Part shown: in pieces, positions 10,569-20,081 of the stretch
Position numbering within the stretch: position 1 is the stretch's first letter
How the letters are laid out: every line of letters begins with the position of its first letter
NCBI GenBank assembly: GCA_964424235.1
Contig: CAYRHY010000001.1
Span: 2,830 to 66,829, forward strand
DNA from: an uncultured Candidatus Saccharibacteria bacterium
GTDB taxonomy: Bacteria; Patescibacteriota; Minisyncoccia; Phycocordibacterales; SBAW01
Direction: 5' to 3'
Length of the DNA stretch: 64,000 nucleotides
The notes under the pieces: generated by a model
Seen by the model: the letters and a program-made list of their open reading frames with translations, nothing else
The model's database searches: none
What the model was told of the DNA's origin: nothing
Translations under genes and position numbers: made by a program

Positions 10569-11075
10569 TCATATTGCTTTAACGATCAAGACTTGCCAGA
10601 CAACCAAGACATTCATGCTCAGCATCTGCAGCGTATGAAGCATGCACACCGTGAAGGGTTCGCGCCCATTCTTCTGCGCAACTCTCGTCGCATAGCGCAT
10701 AAGGAACCACACCAGAAGTACCCCACTAAGAAAATCTGCAGCAAGAAGGTACGCAAAGGGTAAAAGCAGCCGAAACACAGCTAGCCACAAGAATAATACG
10801 CCGGTAATAATGCTTATATTCAGAAGAGCAGCTTTCAGTGCTCGACAGGTCGCCACCCAGGGGGCAAGTAGTGCTGCGAAAGTACACAACACTCCTGACA
10901 GTATGCACACCGCCAGCAAGTTATCGGTAATAGCCGCCTTAAAATGTAGCGCATACAAAAGATATAGCGAGACAGCTGCGCCAGTTACCAACACGTAACT
11001 CGCGATAAGCGCTATTTGCGCGTTGTAGATTGCAACACGAAGCCACGCATACGCCCAAGCCATAACACCCCCCAA
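10569..11075 (-). CDS. Hypothetical integral membrane protein
   Basis: 168 aa, 4-5 predicted hydrophobic helices. Confidence 0.35.
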   Translation of the reverse strand: MGGVMAWAYAWLRVAIYNAQIALIASYVLVTGAAVSLYLLYALHFKAAITDNLLAVCILSGVLCTFAALLAPWVATCRALKAALLNISIITGVLFLWLAVFRLLLPFAYLLAADFLSGVLLVWFLMRYATRVAQKNGREPFTVCMLHTLQMLSMNVLVVWQVLIVKAI

Positions 11076-11121
11076 TCAGCCAGTGTTTTCACCCAATAAA
11101 CTTCTAGCGACACTGTACCGC

Positions 11122-12216
11122 TTAGAGATTTGTTGTCGAGAGCTTCGGAGCCCCTTCAACGACAGTGAAAGCTATGCGCCCAATGAGCGCTCCTCGTCCT
11201 GTTTCCACATCACAGCGCCAATCTCCTGGTGTTAGACCCTGCTCGATACTCCAGCCGCGATAACCTTCTTCCCTACCACCACTGATGGGAAATTGTGTGA
11301 GCGCCTGCGTCTCCCATTTTTTTGTTTCTGGATTGTATTTTTCCCAGCGGTGCGCGATAGGGGTGGTGAGTTTACCTGGCGCAAAGACCGCGCTATAGCA
11401 GTAAGCGCTGTCGCCAAGCGTAATGGTGTATGTCGCTGAAGTGTCGCGCCAAAATACTCCCCACGCAGGCCTCTCATACGTCGCGGTGTACAAGTGTTCC
11501 TGTGCATCCGCTGCGGGTAGTGGTGCAAATGAATGATATACACCGATCGATTTCACCGAGAGCGGCACAGGCGGCACAATGTTAAGAAAATACAGTCCGC
11601 TGTAAAGCCCAAAAATAACTGCAATAAGAATGGATACTTCATACGTTTTATGCGGCTCCTTTTTACGAAATACAAATACGTGGAATGCCCACAAGAGGAG
11701 TGCGACAATGCCGAGACTCACCGCGCCACTGAGTAAAAATACCCACGCGCCGATTTGATGCACAACAAATGTCGGTATAGAGATGATGCAGTAGGTAAAA
11801 AGAAGGTAATAGTAGATAGCAAGATTGAAACGCAATTGGTCGTAGCGTGTTTTGAGAAACTCATTCCCCAGCGCGAAACCGGTGAGTATACAGAAGAACA
11901 AAAGACTCCCGCCAAATGTCCCGCTTTTGCCATAGAGAATGAGCATATTCCCTGCCAGACCTCCGAAACAAAACTGGAGGATAAAGATAAGGAGCAGTGG
12001 CCGCAAACTTGGCTTGCGCGCCGAGCGGATATTGATGAGCACAATAAGAAACGCCGAGAGCGTGAGGTAGAAGAGGAGGAGAATATTGTCGAGCACATTG
12101 TCAGGGCTCTTCGCGAGAAAAAGGTCGACCACAAAGCCGCCGATAAGCGACGAGTAGTTGAACGTGCGCTCCCACCGCTGCCAAAATTTAATGAACCGCT
12201 TCTTCAGCCCAAACAT
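11122..12216 (-). CDS. Membrane protein with N-terminal multi-TM region and C-terminal beta-rich domain (DUF2914-like, tentative)
   Basis: 364 aa; ~6 TM helices then soluble C-terminal domain; family assignment from architecture only. Confidence 0.45.
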   Translation of the reverse strand: MFGLKKRFIKFWQRWERTFNYSSLIGGFVVDLFLAKSPDNVLDNILLLFYLTLSAFLIVLINIRSARKPSLRPLLLIFILQFCFGGLAGNMLILYGKSGTFGGSLLFFCILTGFALGNEFLKTRYDQLRFNLAIYYYLLFTYCIISIPTFVVHQIGAWVFLLSGAVSLGIVALLLWAFHVFVFRKKEPHKTYEVSILIAVIFGLYSGLYFLNIVPPVPLSVKSIGVYHSFAPLPAADAQEHLYTATYERPAWGVFWRDTSATYTITLGDSAYCYSAVFAPGKLTTPIAHRWEKYNPETKKWETQALTQFPISGGREEGYRGWSIEQGLTPGDWRCDVETGRGALIGRIAFTVVEGAPKLSTTNL

Positions 12217-12225
12217 CTTCCTATT

Positions 12226-13497
12226 TTACCCTATGAACGACTCGGGGATTGGGAATTGTGCGCACAAAGATTTTATTTCAGTATGGATTGCGTCAAGTTT
12301 CGCTTGGTCTTTCGTGTTTTTGAGCGCATCGATCATGAGCTCGGCCACTTGGGCACTCTCCTTTTCTGTGAATTTGCGCGTCGTGATGGCGGGCGTACCA
12401 AAGCGAATACCCGAAGGATCCATCGGCGAACGAGGATCATCAGCGATCACATTTTTATTAAGCGTGATGCCAACCGAGTCGAGCACCACCTCCGCCTCTT
12501 GTCCGGTGATATTGAGCGAAGAAAAGACATCCGCCAAGATGAGATGGTTGGAAGTGCCACCCCCAAGCATACGAATATGAGTATTGCGAAAGACTTCTTC
12601 CATCGCTTTCGCATTCTTTAAAATTTGCGTCGAGTAATTTTGGAAACTCGGATGGAGTGCCTCGCCAAAGGCGACCGCCTTAGCTGCGATAACATGCATC
12701 AGTGGGCCACCTTGGAGGCCTGGGAACACTGCTTTATCTATCTTCTTCCCTATCTCCTCGCTTTCGCGAGTAAGGATGATGCCGCCGCGCGGGCCCCGCA
12801 GTGTCTTGTGCGTTGTAGAGGTGATCACATCAAAACCAGCGTCAAAGGGATTCTTTACCGCCTTGCCTGCTATAAGCCCGGCGATGTGTGCTGCGTCCAT
12901 GACGGCATACGCCCCCACTTCGCGCGCAATAGCAACAATTTTTTCATAGTCTAATTCGCGCGAATATGCCGAGAAGCCGGCGAGCACAATTTTTGGTCGG
13001 TGCTCTTTGGCAACCTTGAGCATCTCGTCGTAATCAATCTCGCCCGTCTCAACATTCTTCATCTTATAGCGCACAAAGTTGAAGAACTTAGTGATATAGG
13101 TCACGGGGTGGCCGTGCGTGAGGTGGCCACCATGAGAGAGGTCCATACCCAGCACGGTGTCGCCCGGCTGTAGTAGTGCCATGTACATCGCAACATTAGC
13201 GTTGGCGCCCGAGTGTGGCTGCACATTGGCAAATGAGGCCCCAAAGAGCTTCTTTGCTCTCTCGATCGCGATCTCCTCTGCCTTATCTGTAAATGTTTGG
13301 CCACCGTAGTAGCGCTTGCCGGGATAGCCTTCAGAATATTTATTCGTCAAAATCGAACCTTGTGCTTCGCGTACCGCGCGTGACACATAATTCTCCGACG
13401 GGATGAGCTCTAGCCCCTCGCGCTCGCGGGTCTCCTCCCCTTCTAGTACCGAAAAAAGCTCCTGGTCCTGTTTTTGAATATATGAATAATCTTCCAT
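12226..13497 (-). CDS. glyA: Serine hydroxymethyltransferase
   Basis: 423 aa; SENYVSRAV, YSEGYPGKRYYGG, PLP-lysine motif TTHKTLRGPRGG. Confidence 0.95.
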   Translation of the reverse strand: MEDYSYIQKQDQELFSVLEGEETREREGLELIPSENYVSRAVREAQGSILTNKYSEGYPGKRYYGGQTFTDKAEEIAIERAKKLFGASFANVQPHSGANANVAMYMALLQPGDTVLGMDLSHGGHLTHGHPVTYITKFFNFVRYKMKNVETGEIDYDEMLKVAKEHRPKIVLAGFSAYSRELDYEKIVAIAREVGAYAVMDAAHIAGLIAGKAVKNPFDAGFDVITSTTHKTLRGPRGGIILTRESEEIGKKIDKAVFPGLQGGPLMHVIAAKAVAFGEALHPSFQNYSTQILKNAKAMEEVFRNTHIRMLGGGTSNHLILADVFSSLNITGQEAEVVLDSVGITLNKNVIADDPRSPMDPSGIRFGTPAITTRKFTEKESAQVAELMIDALKNTKDQAKLDAIHTEIKSLCAQFPIPESFIG

Positions 13498-13567
13498 ACA
13501 GGGGATTGTAGCACTTTGGGTTTCTCATAAATAGAGTGAGCCGCCCTTAGGCGGCCCAAGTTAAAAC

Positions 13568-14287
13568 TTACTTTAAGGAGCAGATTATACTCATCACCTC
13601 CTCATGAATATCTGCACAAGTACGCATAACATTGTTTGGTGCGCAGTTGACGATGAACCAATCGTCTCTTTCTCGTGCGAGACGTGAATACAAACTAATT
13701 ACATGCTGAAGATACTGCTCGTTTCTCTCATGTTGATCCTTTGCTTTGTCCGCCATAAGTGCACGCGAGACTTCGAGCGGGACGTATAAATATATTACTC
13801 GATCGGGTTTTGGCAGTTGCAATTGTTGATATTCAAGATTTTCCAACCACTGTATATATTCAATTTGCTTCATCGTGGCGGAAAAATGAGTTATTTTCTC
13901 TCCACCAAACTCTGATGACTGCCAGTAAGTATATTTTGCCCCTTGATGTGCAAGGTTACTCGGCACGTACCGATTGCAGATAACTGAACCTAAAGCCAGC
14001 GCTCCTCGTATGGCATCTCTTGCCTCTCGCCGATCCCACGCATACGGAAAGGATGCAATGTACGGATCAAGGTTTACAAAATCACCCCACTTACCCGCAA
14101 GACACTCGCCCACAAGGCGGCCCCCATCTGAAGTTTTGTATTGGGGGAAATCAAAGTAAGAAGTTGCTTGTCCGAATGCTTGCAGCGCTGCCACAGCCAT
14201 TGTTGACTGCGTTTCCTTGCCCGAAGCGTCAGAGCCGTCGATAACAAAAAGCTTGCCTGCCCATGTATCAGTCATAATCACCTCCAT
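13568..14287 (-). CDS. tmk: Thymidylate kinase
   Basis: P-loop KLFVIDGSDASGKETQ; ORF extends to 14368 but likely start is MEVIMTDTW (14287) or MTDTW (14275). Confidence 0.7.
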   Translation of the reverse strand: MEVIMTDTWAGKLFVIDGSDASGKETQSTMAVAALQAFGQATSYFDFPQYKTSDGGRLVGECLAGKWGDFVNLDPYIASFPYAWDRREARDAIRGALALGSVICNRYVPSNLAHQGAKYTYWQSSEFGGEKITHFSATMKQIEYIQWLENLEYQQLQLPKPDRVIYLYVPLEVSRALMADKAKDQHERNEQYLQHVISLYSRLARERDDWFIVNCAPNNVMRTCADIHEEVMSIICSLK

Positions 14288-14364
14288 TGTGCTACCAAGA
14301 CTCAAGTTACCAAACTTGTTGCAAAAGAAAAACCGCGACCCCCTTGCGAGGGTTGCGGCACACA

Positions 14365-15486
14365 TCACGCAGTAGCAAAGTGCTTCGAAAGTGCTGCACC
14401 TTGATTTTGTCCTGCGTAACTTGGTTTGCCAACTTCATAGAGCACCTCAGGGCGAGACTTCATGCGCTCGAACCTGACGCGCGCAATGGTTTGCCGGTGC
14501 TGGATGGTTATGTTCTCGTGAGGGGTTATCTCCAGAGTAATGGGACGCCCTGTGCCCTCCCCTTCAACTCCCCATCCCCACCCAGGGTCAATGAACCCCG
14601 CTGCGTGCGAACGGAGTTCACCAAAACGGGGGTCAATAGCTCGCAGCTCTGCTGAGACAGTTGCCCCAAGGCACAAGTGTTCGTATGTGCTCAGGATGTA
14701 GAAACTGCCTTTGCGCAAATCTATCTCGCCATTTCTAACCTCGATTGGCTGGAAAAAATCAGAAGGTGAATAGTTTAGTTTACCGTAATCGAGTTCAGTA
14801 GTACTGCCCCGACATTCCCATGCAGGCATGCCAGGCTCCACTCGGACAGTCATAAATAGCGAGTCAGAGTGGCGAGCAAATTCGTCCGGCTTGAAACGCT
14901 GTCCATTTGGATGATAGAACAGTCCGTACTGTGCAGCCTCAAGGCTAACCTCAAGACTATCGAGAAAGTTCTTACCATCGAAAAGACGCAGTTGGGTAAC
15001 CGCCTTCCCCGGACGAACAAGGATCGGGAAGCTCTCTGGGCGCAAGAGTGCCCACACTTCCCCTTCATAGCCCTCTGGGACGAGTGCGTCATACATAGGC
15101 ACGCCGTCGGCGACGACGCGACAGAGAAGATTGATGCGTCCTGTCGTTGATTTTGGGTTGAAGTAACCGTATACCTCTGGCGGCAAGCGAAACTCAGCCT
15201 GTATACGCACAAGATATGGCACACCGACCTCAAGCCGGTTGTTCAGGTCGAAGCGAGTGCCGTAACGTTCCAGATACGAACGTACGGTTCTGCCTGCTTG
15301 CGGAAGAAATACTCGGTTGAGGCGATAGGCTTCTGTACCAAGCGGTAAGTCAATCGATGCGGGGTTTACAAACTCCTCATCGATACCAACGATATGCCCT
15401 CGCAGAATTCGCTTGAGCACATGATCAGGCAAAACACCTTTCACAGATACCTCCACACATGGTGCAACTGCACGAGACAATACCAC
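14365..15486 (-). CDS. dCTP deaminase-like protein, long (~370 aa) form
   Basis: 373 aa; dUTPase/dCTP-deaminase fold motifs SIDLPLG and GFIDPGWGWG, about double the length of canonical Dcd. Confidence 0.55.
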   Translation of the reverse strand: MVLSRAVAPCVEVSVKGVLPDHVLKRILRGHIVGIDEEFVNPASIDLPLGTEAYRLNRVFLPQAGRTVRSYLERYGTRFDLNNRLEVGVPYLVRIQAEFRLPPEVYGYFNPKSTTGRINLLCRVVADGVPMYDALVPEGYEGEVWALLRPESFPILVRPGKAVTQLRLFDGKNFLDSLEVSLEAAQYGLFYHPNGQRFKPDEFARHSDSLFMTVRVEPGMPAWECRGSTTELDYGKLNYSPSDFFQPIEVRNGEIDLRKGSFYILSTYEHLCLGATVSAELRAIDPRFGELRSHAAGFIDPGWGWGVEGEGTGRPITLEITPHENITIQHRQTIARVRFERMKSRPEVLYEVGKPSYAGQNQGAALSKHFATA

Positions 15487-15571
15487 ACAAAGTAACCCGT
15501 GCCTATTTTGACGACTCCCCTTTCGCCTCGTACTATAGCGAAGGACTGAACTTAACAGGAAGGATATACAG

Positions 15572-16939
15572 ATGTCGGTTCAAGAACTTCGCCATGTTCG
15601 GCGATCACTACCAGGCGGCGGCCAAGTCGTAATCCTGGAAACAGGTGCTCTTATCCGTGCAGATGAAGCGGCGATGCTGCAAGCACTGCACTCCCGCTCG
15701 GTTGGGGGTATCGACGCCCATCTTGTACAACTTGCCAAAACTGGTGCGGGCAAGTTCATGAGTATGTACTATGTGGGCTACGGGCATAAATCCATCGGCG
15801 ACTGCGGAACTGTCACGATATTCATCGAGGGCGTTTCTATGCTTGTCGCGAAAGCCATACAGGATTCTCGGCTATACAATGGCCAAGAGTCTTCGACTCG
15901 ATACATCGACTTTGCCAAACAACGGTTCGTTGATCCAACGAATTCGGATTTGGGGAATACGATTCTCGAGGAATGGCGAGCATTTTATCTTGCCGGCGTC
16001 GAAGAAATGCGCGGTGTTTTACTCAGAGCATACCCGCAGAATGAAGGCGAGAAGGATGATGATTATAAACGCGCCGTTAACGCTCGCACCTTTGATATCA
16101 TGCGTGCGTTTTTGCCAGCTGGCGCCTCAACAAACCTTGCGTGGCATACTGAGATTCGCCATGCGAGCGACCACTTGGTTCGGTTGCGGCATCATCCATT
16201 GATTGAAGTGCGTACTGTTGCGCATGTCATCGAAGACGCTCTTTGTGAAGCTTATCCTGACTCTTTTTCGGATAAGCGTTACGAGGCAACTGAAACATAC
16301 GTCGACCAGTACATGAAAGGTGCCTACTACTTCTTTACCGATGATTATGCCCAGCCAGACTTGGTTGTCCTTCGGGACTCAGTCGATCGTAAACTTTTGG
16401 CTGAAAATGCGGGACTTTTCCGCGACAGACCCGTGCTCACAGAGCTGCCTGGGTTCTTGGGAGAATGTGGCACGTTGCAACTGGGATATCGGATTGATTT
16501 CGGATCATTCCGCGACCTCCAGAGGCATCGTTCAGTTATCCAAAGGATGCCGCTTCTCACAGCCCACTACGGGTTTGGGAAATGGTATCGCTCAGTTCTC
16601 ACTGACGCGCTCGACCAAAAGGCGCAGAAGCTACTTAGGAAACAGCTCCATCGTATTTGCGAACTTAGTGTATCTCGTGAAGTGCAGCAATACTACATGC
16701 CTATGGGTATGGAGGTTGCCTGTCGAGTAACTGGTGATCTGCCTGCCTTGGTGTACATTGCTGAGCGGCGCGCTCGACCGGACGTGCATCCAACCGCTCG
16801 CAAGATCGCCCAACAAAAAGGAGCTGTACTCCTTCAGCGCTTTGGAGAGCTAGGACTCACTGTGCACATGGATATGACTCCCGACAGGTTCTATCGGGAA
16901 CGTGGAAAACAAACCATCCTCCAGAAAGGAGAGGAATGA
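15572..16939 (+). CDS. thyX: ThyX-like flavin-dependent thymidylate synthase, long tandem-domain form
   Basis: 455 aa; N-terminal HKSIGDCGTVTIFIEGVSMLVAKAIQDSRLYNGQESSTRYIDF aligns to the ThyX HxSxxEHxxFTFxIEGxSRxxxxQLxRHRxxSxxQxSQRY core but with RHR replaced by DSR; a second RHR (LQRHRSVIQRM) lies in the C-terminal half. Confidence 0.55.
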   Translation: MSVQELRHVRRSLPGGGQVVILETGALIRADEAAMLQALHSRSVGGIDAHLVQLAKTGAGKFMSMYYVGYGHKSIGDCGTVTIFIEGVSMLVAKAIQDSRLYNGQESSTRYIDFAKQRFVDPTNSDLGNTILEEWRAFYLAGVEEMRGVLLRAYPQNEGEKDDDYKRAVNARTFDIMRAFLPAGASTNLAWHTEIRHASDHLVRLRHHPLIEVRTVAHVIEDALCEAYPDSFSDKRYEATETYVDQYMKGAYYFFTDDYAQPDLVVLRDSVDRKLLAENAGLFRDRPVLTELPGFLGECGTLQLGYRIDFGSFRDLQRHRSVIQRMPLLTAHYGFGKWYRSVLTDALDQKAQKLLRKQLHRICELSVSREVQQYYMPMGMEVACRVTGDLPALVYIAERRARPDVHPTARKIAQQKGAVLLQRFGELGLTVHMDMTPDRFYRERGKQTILQKGEE

Positions 16940-16967
16940 CCATCGTCTACTGACACAAAATACGAAA

Positions 16968-17002
16968 CCGCCGCCCCAGACTACTCGGGGCGGCGGATTT
17001 TT
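16968..17002 (+). terminator. Rho-independent terminator after thyX-like gene
   Basis: 10-bp stem CCGCCGCCCC/GGGGCGGCGG, 9-nt loop, then ATTTTTGA. Confidence 0.6.
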
Positions 17003-17137
17003 GACTTAACGCACCGGATCAAGCAGTACGTGGGCGAAGAGAGGCAAGCATTGCATCCAATTGTTGTTGAGCTGTTGCAACGCCACACAGGATCAGCAGC
17101 TGGTGTGCGTTTACTGCTAGCTTCGCTGCGGCAAGAA

Positions 17138-17368
17138 TCATTGCAGCAAACTGCTCTTGAGTGAAATTGACTTCCCCAGCATGATCCTGTGTGGCGTTGC
17201 AGCAGCAATCGCGCCCCACGCCTTATCCGTATGGTCGCGAATATGGCGAATGGCAAAAAGGATTCTCCCGTCTCTACCAGCCGGCATATTTGGATAGTTG
17301 CCCTGACTGAATGGGTATTGATTTGCAATAGCAGCAAGTAGTCTTTCAAGATCACTTTGTTCAGCCAT
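17138..17368 (-). CDS. Small hypothetical protein (76 aa), possibly the 5' part of a frame-split gene continuing in ORF 17019-17219
   Basis: MAEQSDLERLLAAIANQYPFSQGNYPNMPAGRDGRILFAIRHIRDHTDKAWG...; the +1-frame ORF 17019-17219 overlaps it across a 25-bp inverted repeat (17071-17095 / 17183-17207). Confidence 0.3.
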   Translation of the reverse strand: MAEQSDLERLLAAIANQYPFSQGNYPNMPAGRDGRILFAIRHIRDHTDKAWGAIAAATPHRIMLGKSISLKSSLLQ

Positions 17369-17449
17369 CTTCCAACCCTTTCCCCCAAAAAAGAAAAGCC
17401 TTTTGCAGAGTAATGCAGGTGGCAGTTTTATGCAATTACCTTATGGAGG

Positions 17450-19510
17450 CTATAATCCGGCCGAGGTTTTGATAATGTTCGCTATTTGTTTGCCGTAGTC
17501 GGTGAGGATTGGTTGGCCATACTGGGTGAGTAGGTCGCCCGGATTGTTGGAGGCAAACCAGTGCCAGGCTGCAAAGCCGCTCGTGCCAATAGTGGGGCCG
17601 TAACTGGTAACCGCGCTAATCACTTGGTTGCCATTTGCATCAATTGTGGCGCCGTCAGTGGAGTTGCCAAACTCACCGACAATGACCGGGATGATCCCGT
17701 CTGCGCTGCGTATCGTTTGTGCAGCAGAGACTCCCGCATGACTACTCGGACTACCAAGCAACAGACTATTCATATAGTTTTGGTCGGTGCTCCCGTTGGC
17801 GACCCACCCGTAGAAGTGCAGATCCCAGACAACATTATGCATGGTTGCATAACTCGACTCGGTGAGCCCCGAGCCCGCACCCACCGTCTGCGGATTCCCT
17901 GCGCCCACGCCCGCCTCCAACATAACGATCGCTTGAGAGCCAGTGCCCCGAATTGCGTTATAGACACTCATCTGCTCCGCGGTGATGTTCGCCTCGTCGG
18001 CGCCATAGCCGTTTTGTGGTTCGTTCATGGTGCCAAACCACACATACGGATTATTTTTATATGCCTGCGCAAGTGAAGCGTACCACTGTGCCTCAGCCGC
18101 ATCTGGATATGCGCGAGTGAGTGGCCATGGGTGATATTCAATCTCTACTACCACGTGTTTAGCGGTTAGTGTGTTCACGATATTTTGGAAGTAGGATGGT
18201 GGTTGATAACTACCAATCGCAAAGCGCACAAAGGTGATACCTGGGAACAAGTCGAGCACCGACTGCCCGATATTTGGGTCACCAATATTAATACCTCGTG
18301 CGAAAAAGACAGTACCTTGCGGATCATATATCTTGCCATTCGCTACACGAAAGTTCCCTGTAGCTGTTGGGGTTGGAGTAGTTGGTGTGTTGGTGCTTGT
18401 TGGTGGTGTGGTCGGAGTTGTGGGCAAGTTTGGTGTAGTTGAAGTGGGTGGATTGGTACTACCAGTATTGGGAGTGGTGACTACAGCGAGCAGTGCAAGA
18501 TTTTGAAAGCGCGCTGCGCTCCAACCCAACACACCATTGTCATACTGAACCTTCCACCACGTAAGCCCACCGCGCATTACTGGACCCGCGATTATTGTCC
18601 CTGTTTGTCCCCGCGACACTTTTTTCAGTATTACCCCTTGTGCACTACTGCGCACATTTACCCGGCTCTCTATTACCCGCACCCGAGCGCCAACAGCAAA
18701 GCCTATAGGTAAAGATTGTGGAAGCTGTGGTTGCGATGGAGTTTGAGTTGGGGTTGTTGGATTGGAAGGTGTTGTAGCTGGAGTGTTTGGAATAGAGCCA
18801 GGTTGTGTTGGGTTTGCAGTGGGCTGAGTTGGTATCTGTGGCTGTGCTGGGGTTGGCGTAGTTTGTGGTTGCGAGTTGGTTTGTTGAGCCAAAGGACTTG
18901 TATTTGATCCTACCCAATAGTGACCGTCCCAGATATACCACTGATTTGTTTTTGCATCCTGCCCCCAAACAGTATTTGTTGATGCTATATATACCAGTTG
19001 TGCCGTGCCACCTCCGCCAGGTAGTGCCGATGCGTTTTGCATGACTGAGCCAACAGATGAAAGTTGCCACAGTGCGCCTGTCGCATCGACAAAAGAACCG
19101 CCGCTTGTGGGAGTGAGTACTGTCGTCCCGGTACTTTGAGTTAGTGGGCTTGATTTTGGCCCCATCCAGTAGCGACCATCCCATGTATACCATTGGCCCG
19201 ATGCCGCATCTTTGCCCCATATAGTTTTGCTCTCAGGCACATATACGAGCATCGCGGTACCGCCCCCGCCAGAAACGGGAGAATTATTTTCATAGAGCGA
19301 ACCGGCGGTCGAGAGTTGCCATACAGCACCCGAAGCATCAGTAATGGAGCCGCCGCTCGTTGGCGTCAGTATCACCTGCGATGAAGCGGCTGTCGCAAGC
19401 CGAACCCCCGGTACCGTAAGCAAGAAGAGAGTCATACTCATGCAAGCGAAAATATATGTACGCATAATCATTGAGAGTATTATCGGTAACCCCTTAAGTA
19501 TGCCATACAC
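17450..19510 (-). CDS. Secreted multidomain glycoside hydrolase family 5 enzyme: signal peptide, 2 x ~125-aa repeat domains, Pro/Thr linkers, SH3b domain, GH5 catalytic domain
   Basis: 686 aa; N-terminal signal/TM; internal duplication (VILTPTSGGSITDASGAVWQLS... / VLTPTSGGSFVDATGALWQLS...); PT-rich linkers; SH3b-like VGARVRVIESRVNVRSS...WWKVQYDNGVLGW; GH5 signatures NEP (acid/base) and GEFG (nucleophile). Confidence 0.8.
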   Translation of the reverse strand: MYGILKGLPIILSMIMRTYIFACMSMTLFLLTVPGVRLATAASSQVILTPTSGGSITDASGAVWQLSTAGSLYENNSPVSGGGGTAMLVYVPESKTIWGKDAASGQWYTWDGRYWMGPKSSPLTQSTGTTVLTPTSGGSFVDATGALWQLSSVGSVMQNASALPGGGGTAQLVYIASTNTVWGQDAKTNQWYIWDGHYWVGSNTSPLAQQTNSQPQTTPTPAQPQIPTQPTANPTQPGSIPNTPATTPSNPTTPTQTPSQPQLPQSLPIGFAVGARVRVIESRVNVRSSAQGVILKKVSRGQTGTIIAGPVMRGGLTWWKVQYDNGVLGWSAARFQNLALLAVVTTPNTGSTNPPTSTTPNLPTTPTTPPTSTNTPTTPTPTATGNFRVANGKIYDPQGTVFFARGINIGDPNIGQSVLDLFPGITFVRFAIGSYQPPSYFQNIVNTLTAKHVVVEIEYHPWPLTRAYPDAAEAQWYASLAQAYKNNPYVWFGTMNEPQNGYGADEANITAEQMSVYNAIRGTGSQAIVMLEAGVGAGNPQTVGAGSGLTESSYATMHNVVWDLHFYGWVANGSTDQNYMNSLLLGSPSSHAGVSAAQTIRSADGIIPVIVGEFGNSTDGATIDANGNQVISAVTSYGPTIGTSGFAAWHWFASNNPGDLLTQYGQPILTDYGKQIANIIKTSAGL

Positions 19511-19557
19511 AAAAAGCCGCTCTTCATTAAGCGGCTTTTTGAAATATTTTAAAAAAA

Positions 19558-19980
19558 TTATTTTATATCAACTCCCATCGAGCGTGCGGTACCCATGATG
19601 GTTTGCATGGCGCCTTCAACATCTTTTGCGTTAAGGTCTGACATCTTCTCTTCAGCAATCTTGCGAACTTGCTCTTTGGTGAGCGAACCAATCTTCGAAG
19701 TATTTGGCTTACCTGAACCCTTCTCTTTACCAAGCGCCTTGATGATAAGATTCGAAGCTGGAGGAGTTTTAAGTACGAAGTCGTATGAACGATCCTCGTA
19801 GATGGTGATGACACACGGAATAAGGCTACCAGCCATAGGCGCGGTCGCATCATTGAACCTCTTTACGAACTCACCGATGTTGATACCTGCAGGGCCAAGC
19901 GTGGTGCCCAAAGGAGGCGCCGGCGTGGCTTTGCCTGCGGGAGCGATAATTTTCAGTTTTTTAGTGATTTTCTTTGCCAT
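19558..19980 (-). CDS. rplK: 50S ribosomal protein L11
   Basis: MAKKITKKLKIIAPAGKATPAPPLGTTLGPAGINIGEFVKRFN...; ORF upstream extension to 20010 probably not translated. Confidence 0.9.
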   Translation of the reverse strand: MAKKITKKLKIIAPAGKATPAPPLGTTLGPAGINIGEFVKRFNDATAPMAGSLIPCVITIYEDRSYDFVLKTPPASNLIIKALGKEKGSGKPNTSKIGSLTKEQVRKIAEEKMSDLNAKDVEGAMQTIMGTARSMGVDIK

Positions 19981-20081
19981 ACGTTTGTTGGTGGTTTTGG
20001 CGAGAGGCAAGTGCCCCTGAGCTGACCGTTGCTTTGCTGACTACAGGTCCGAAGGGGTAGCTTGCCGAGAGCCAATGTACT

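Noticed and set aside
11755-12621. 288-aa plus-strand ORF
   Set aside because: Lies antisense to the 11122-12216 membrane protein gene and glyA; Arg/Glu/Lys-rich shadow ORF.
16981-17388. 135-aa minus-strand ORF
   Set aside because: Third frame over the inverted-repeat region; Arg/Cys/Ser-rich low-complexity translation, overlaps two better candidates; likely spurious.
18645-19220. 191-aa minus-strand ORF in an alternative frame of the GH5 gene
   Set aside because: Overlaps the internally duplicated region of the 686-aa GH5 protein in another frame; the long frame has clear domain signatures.
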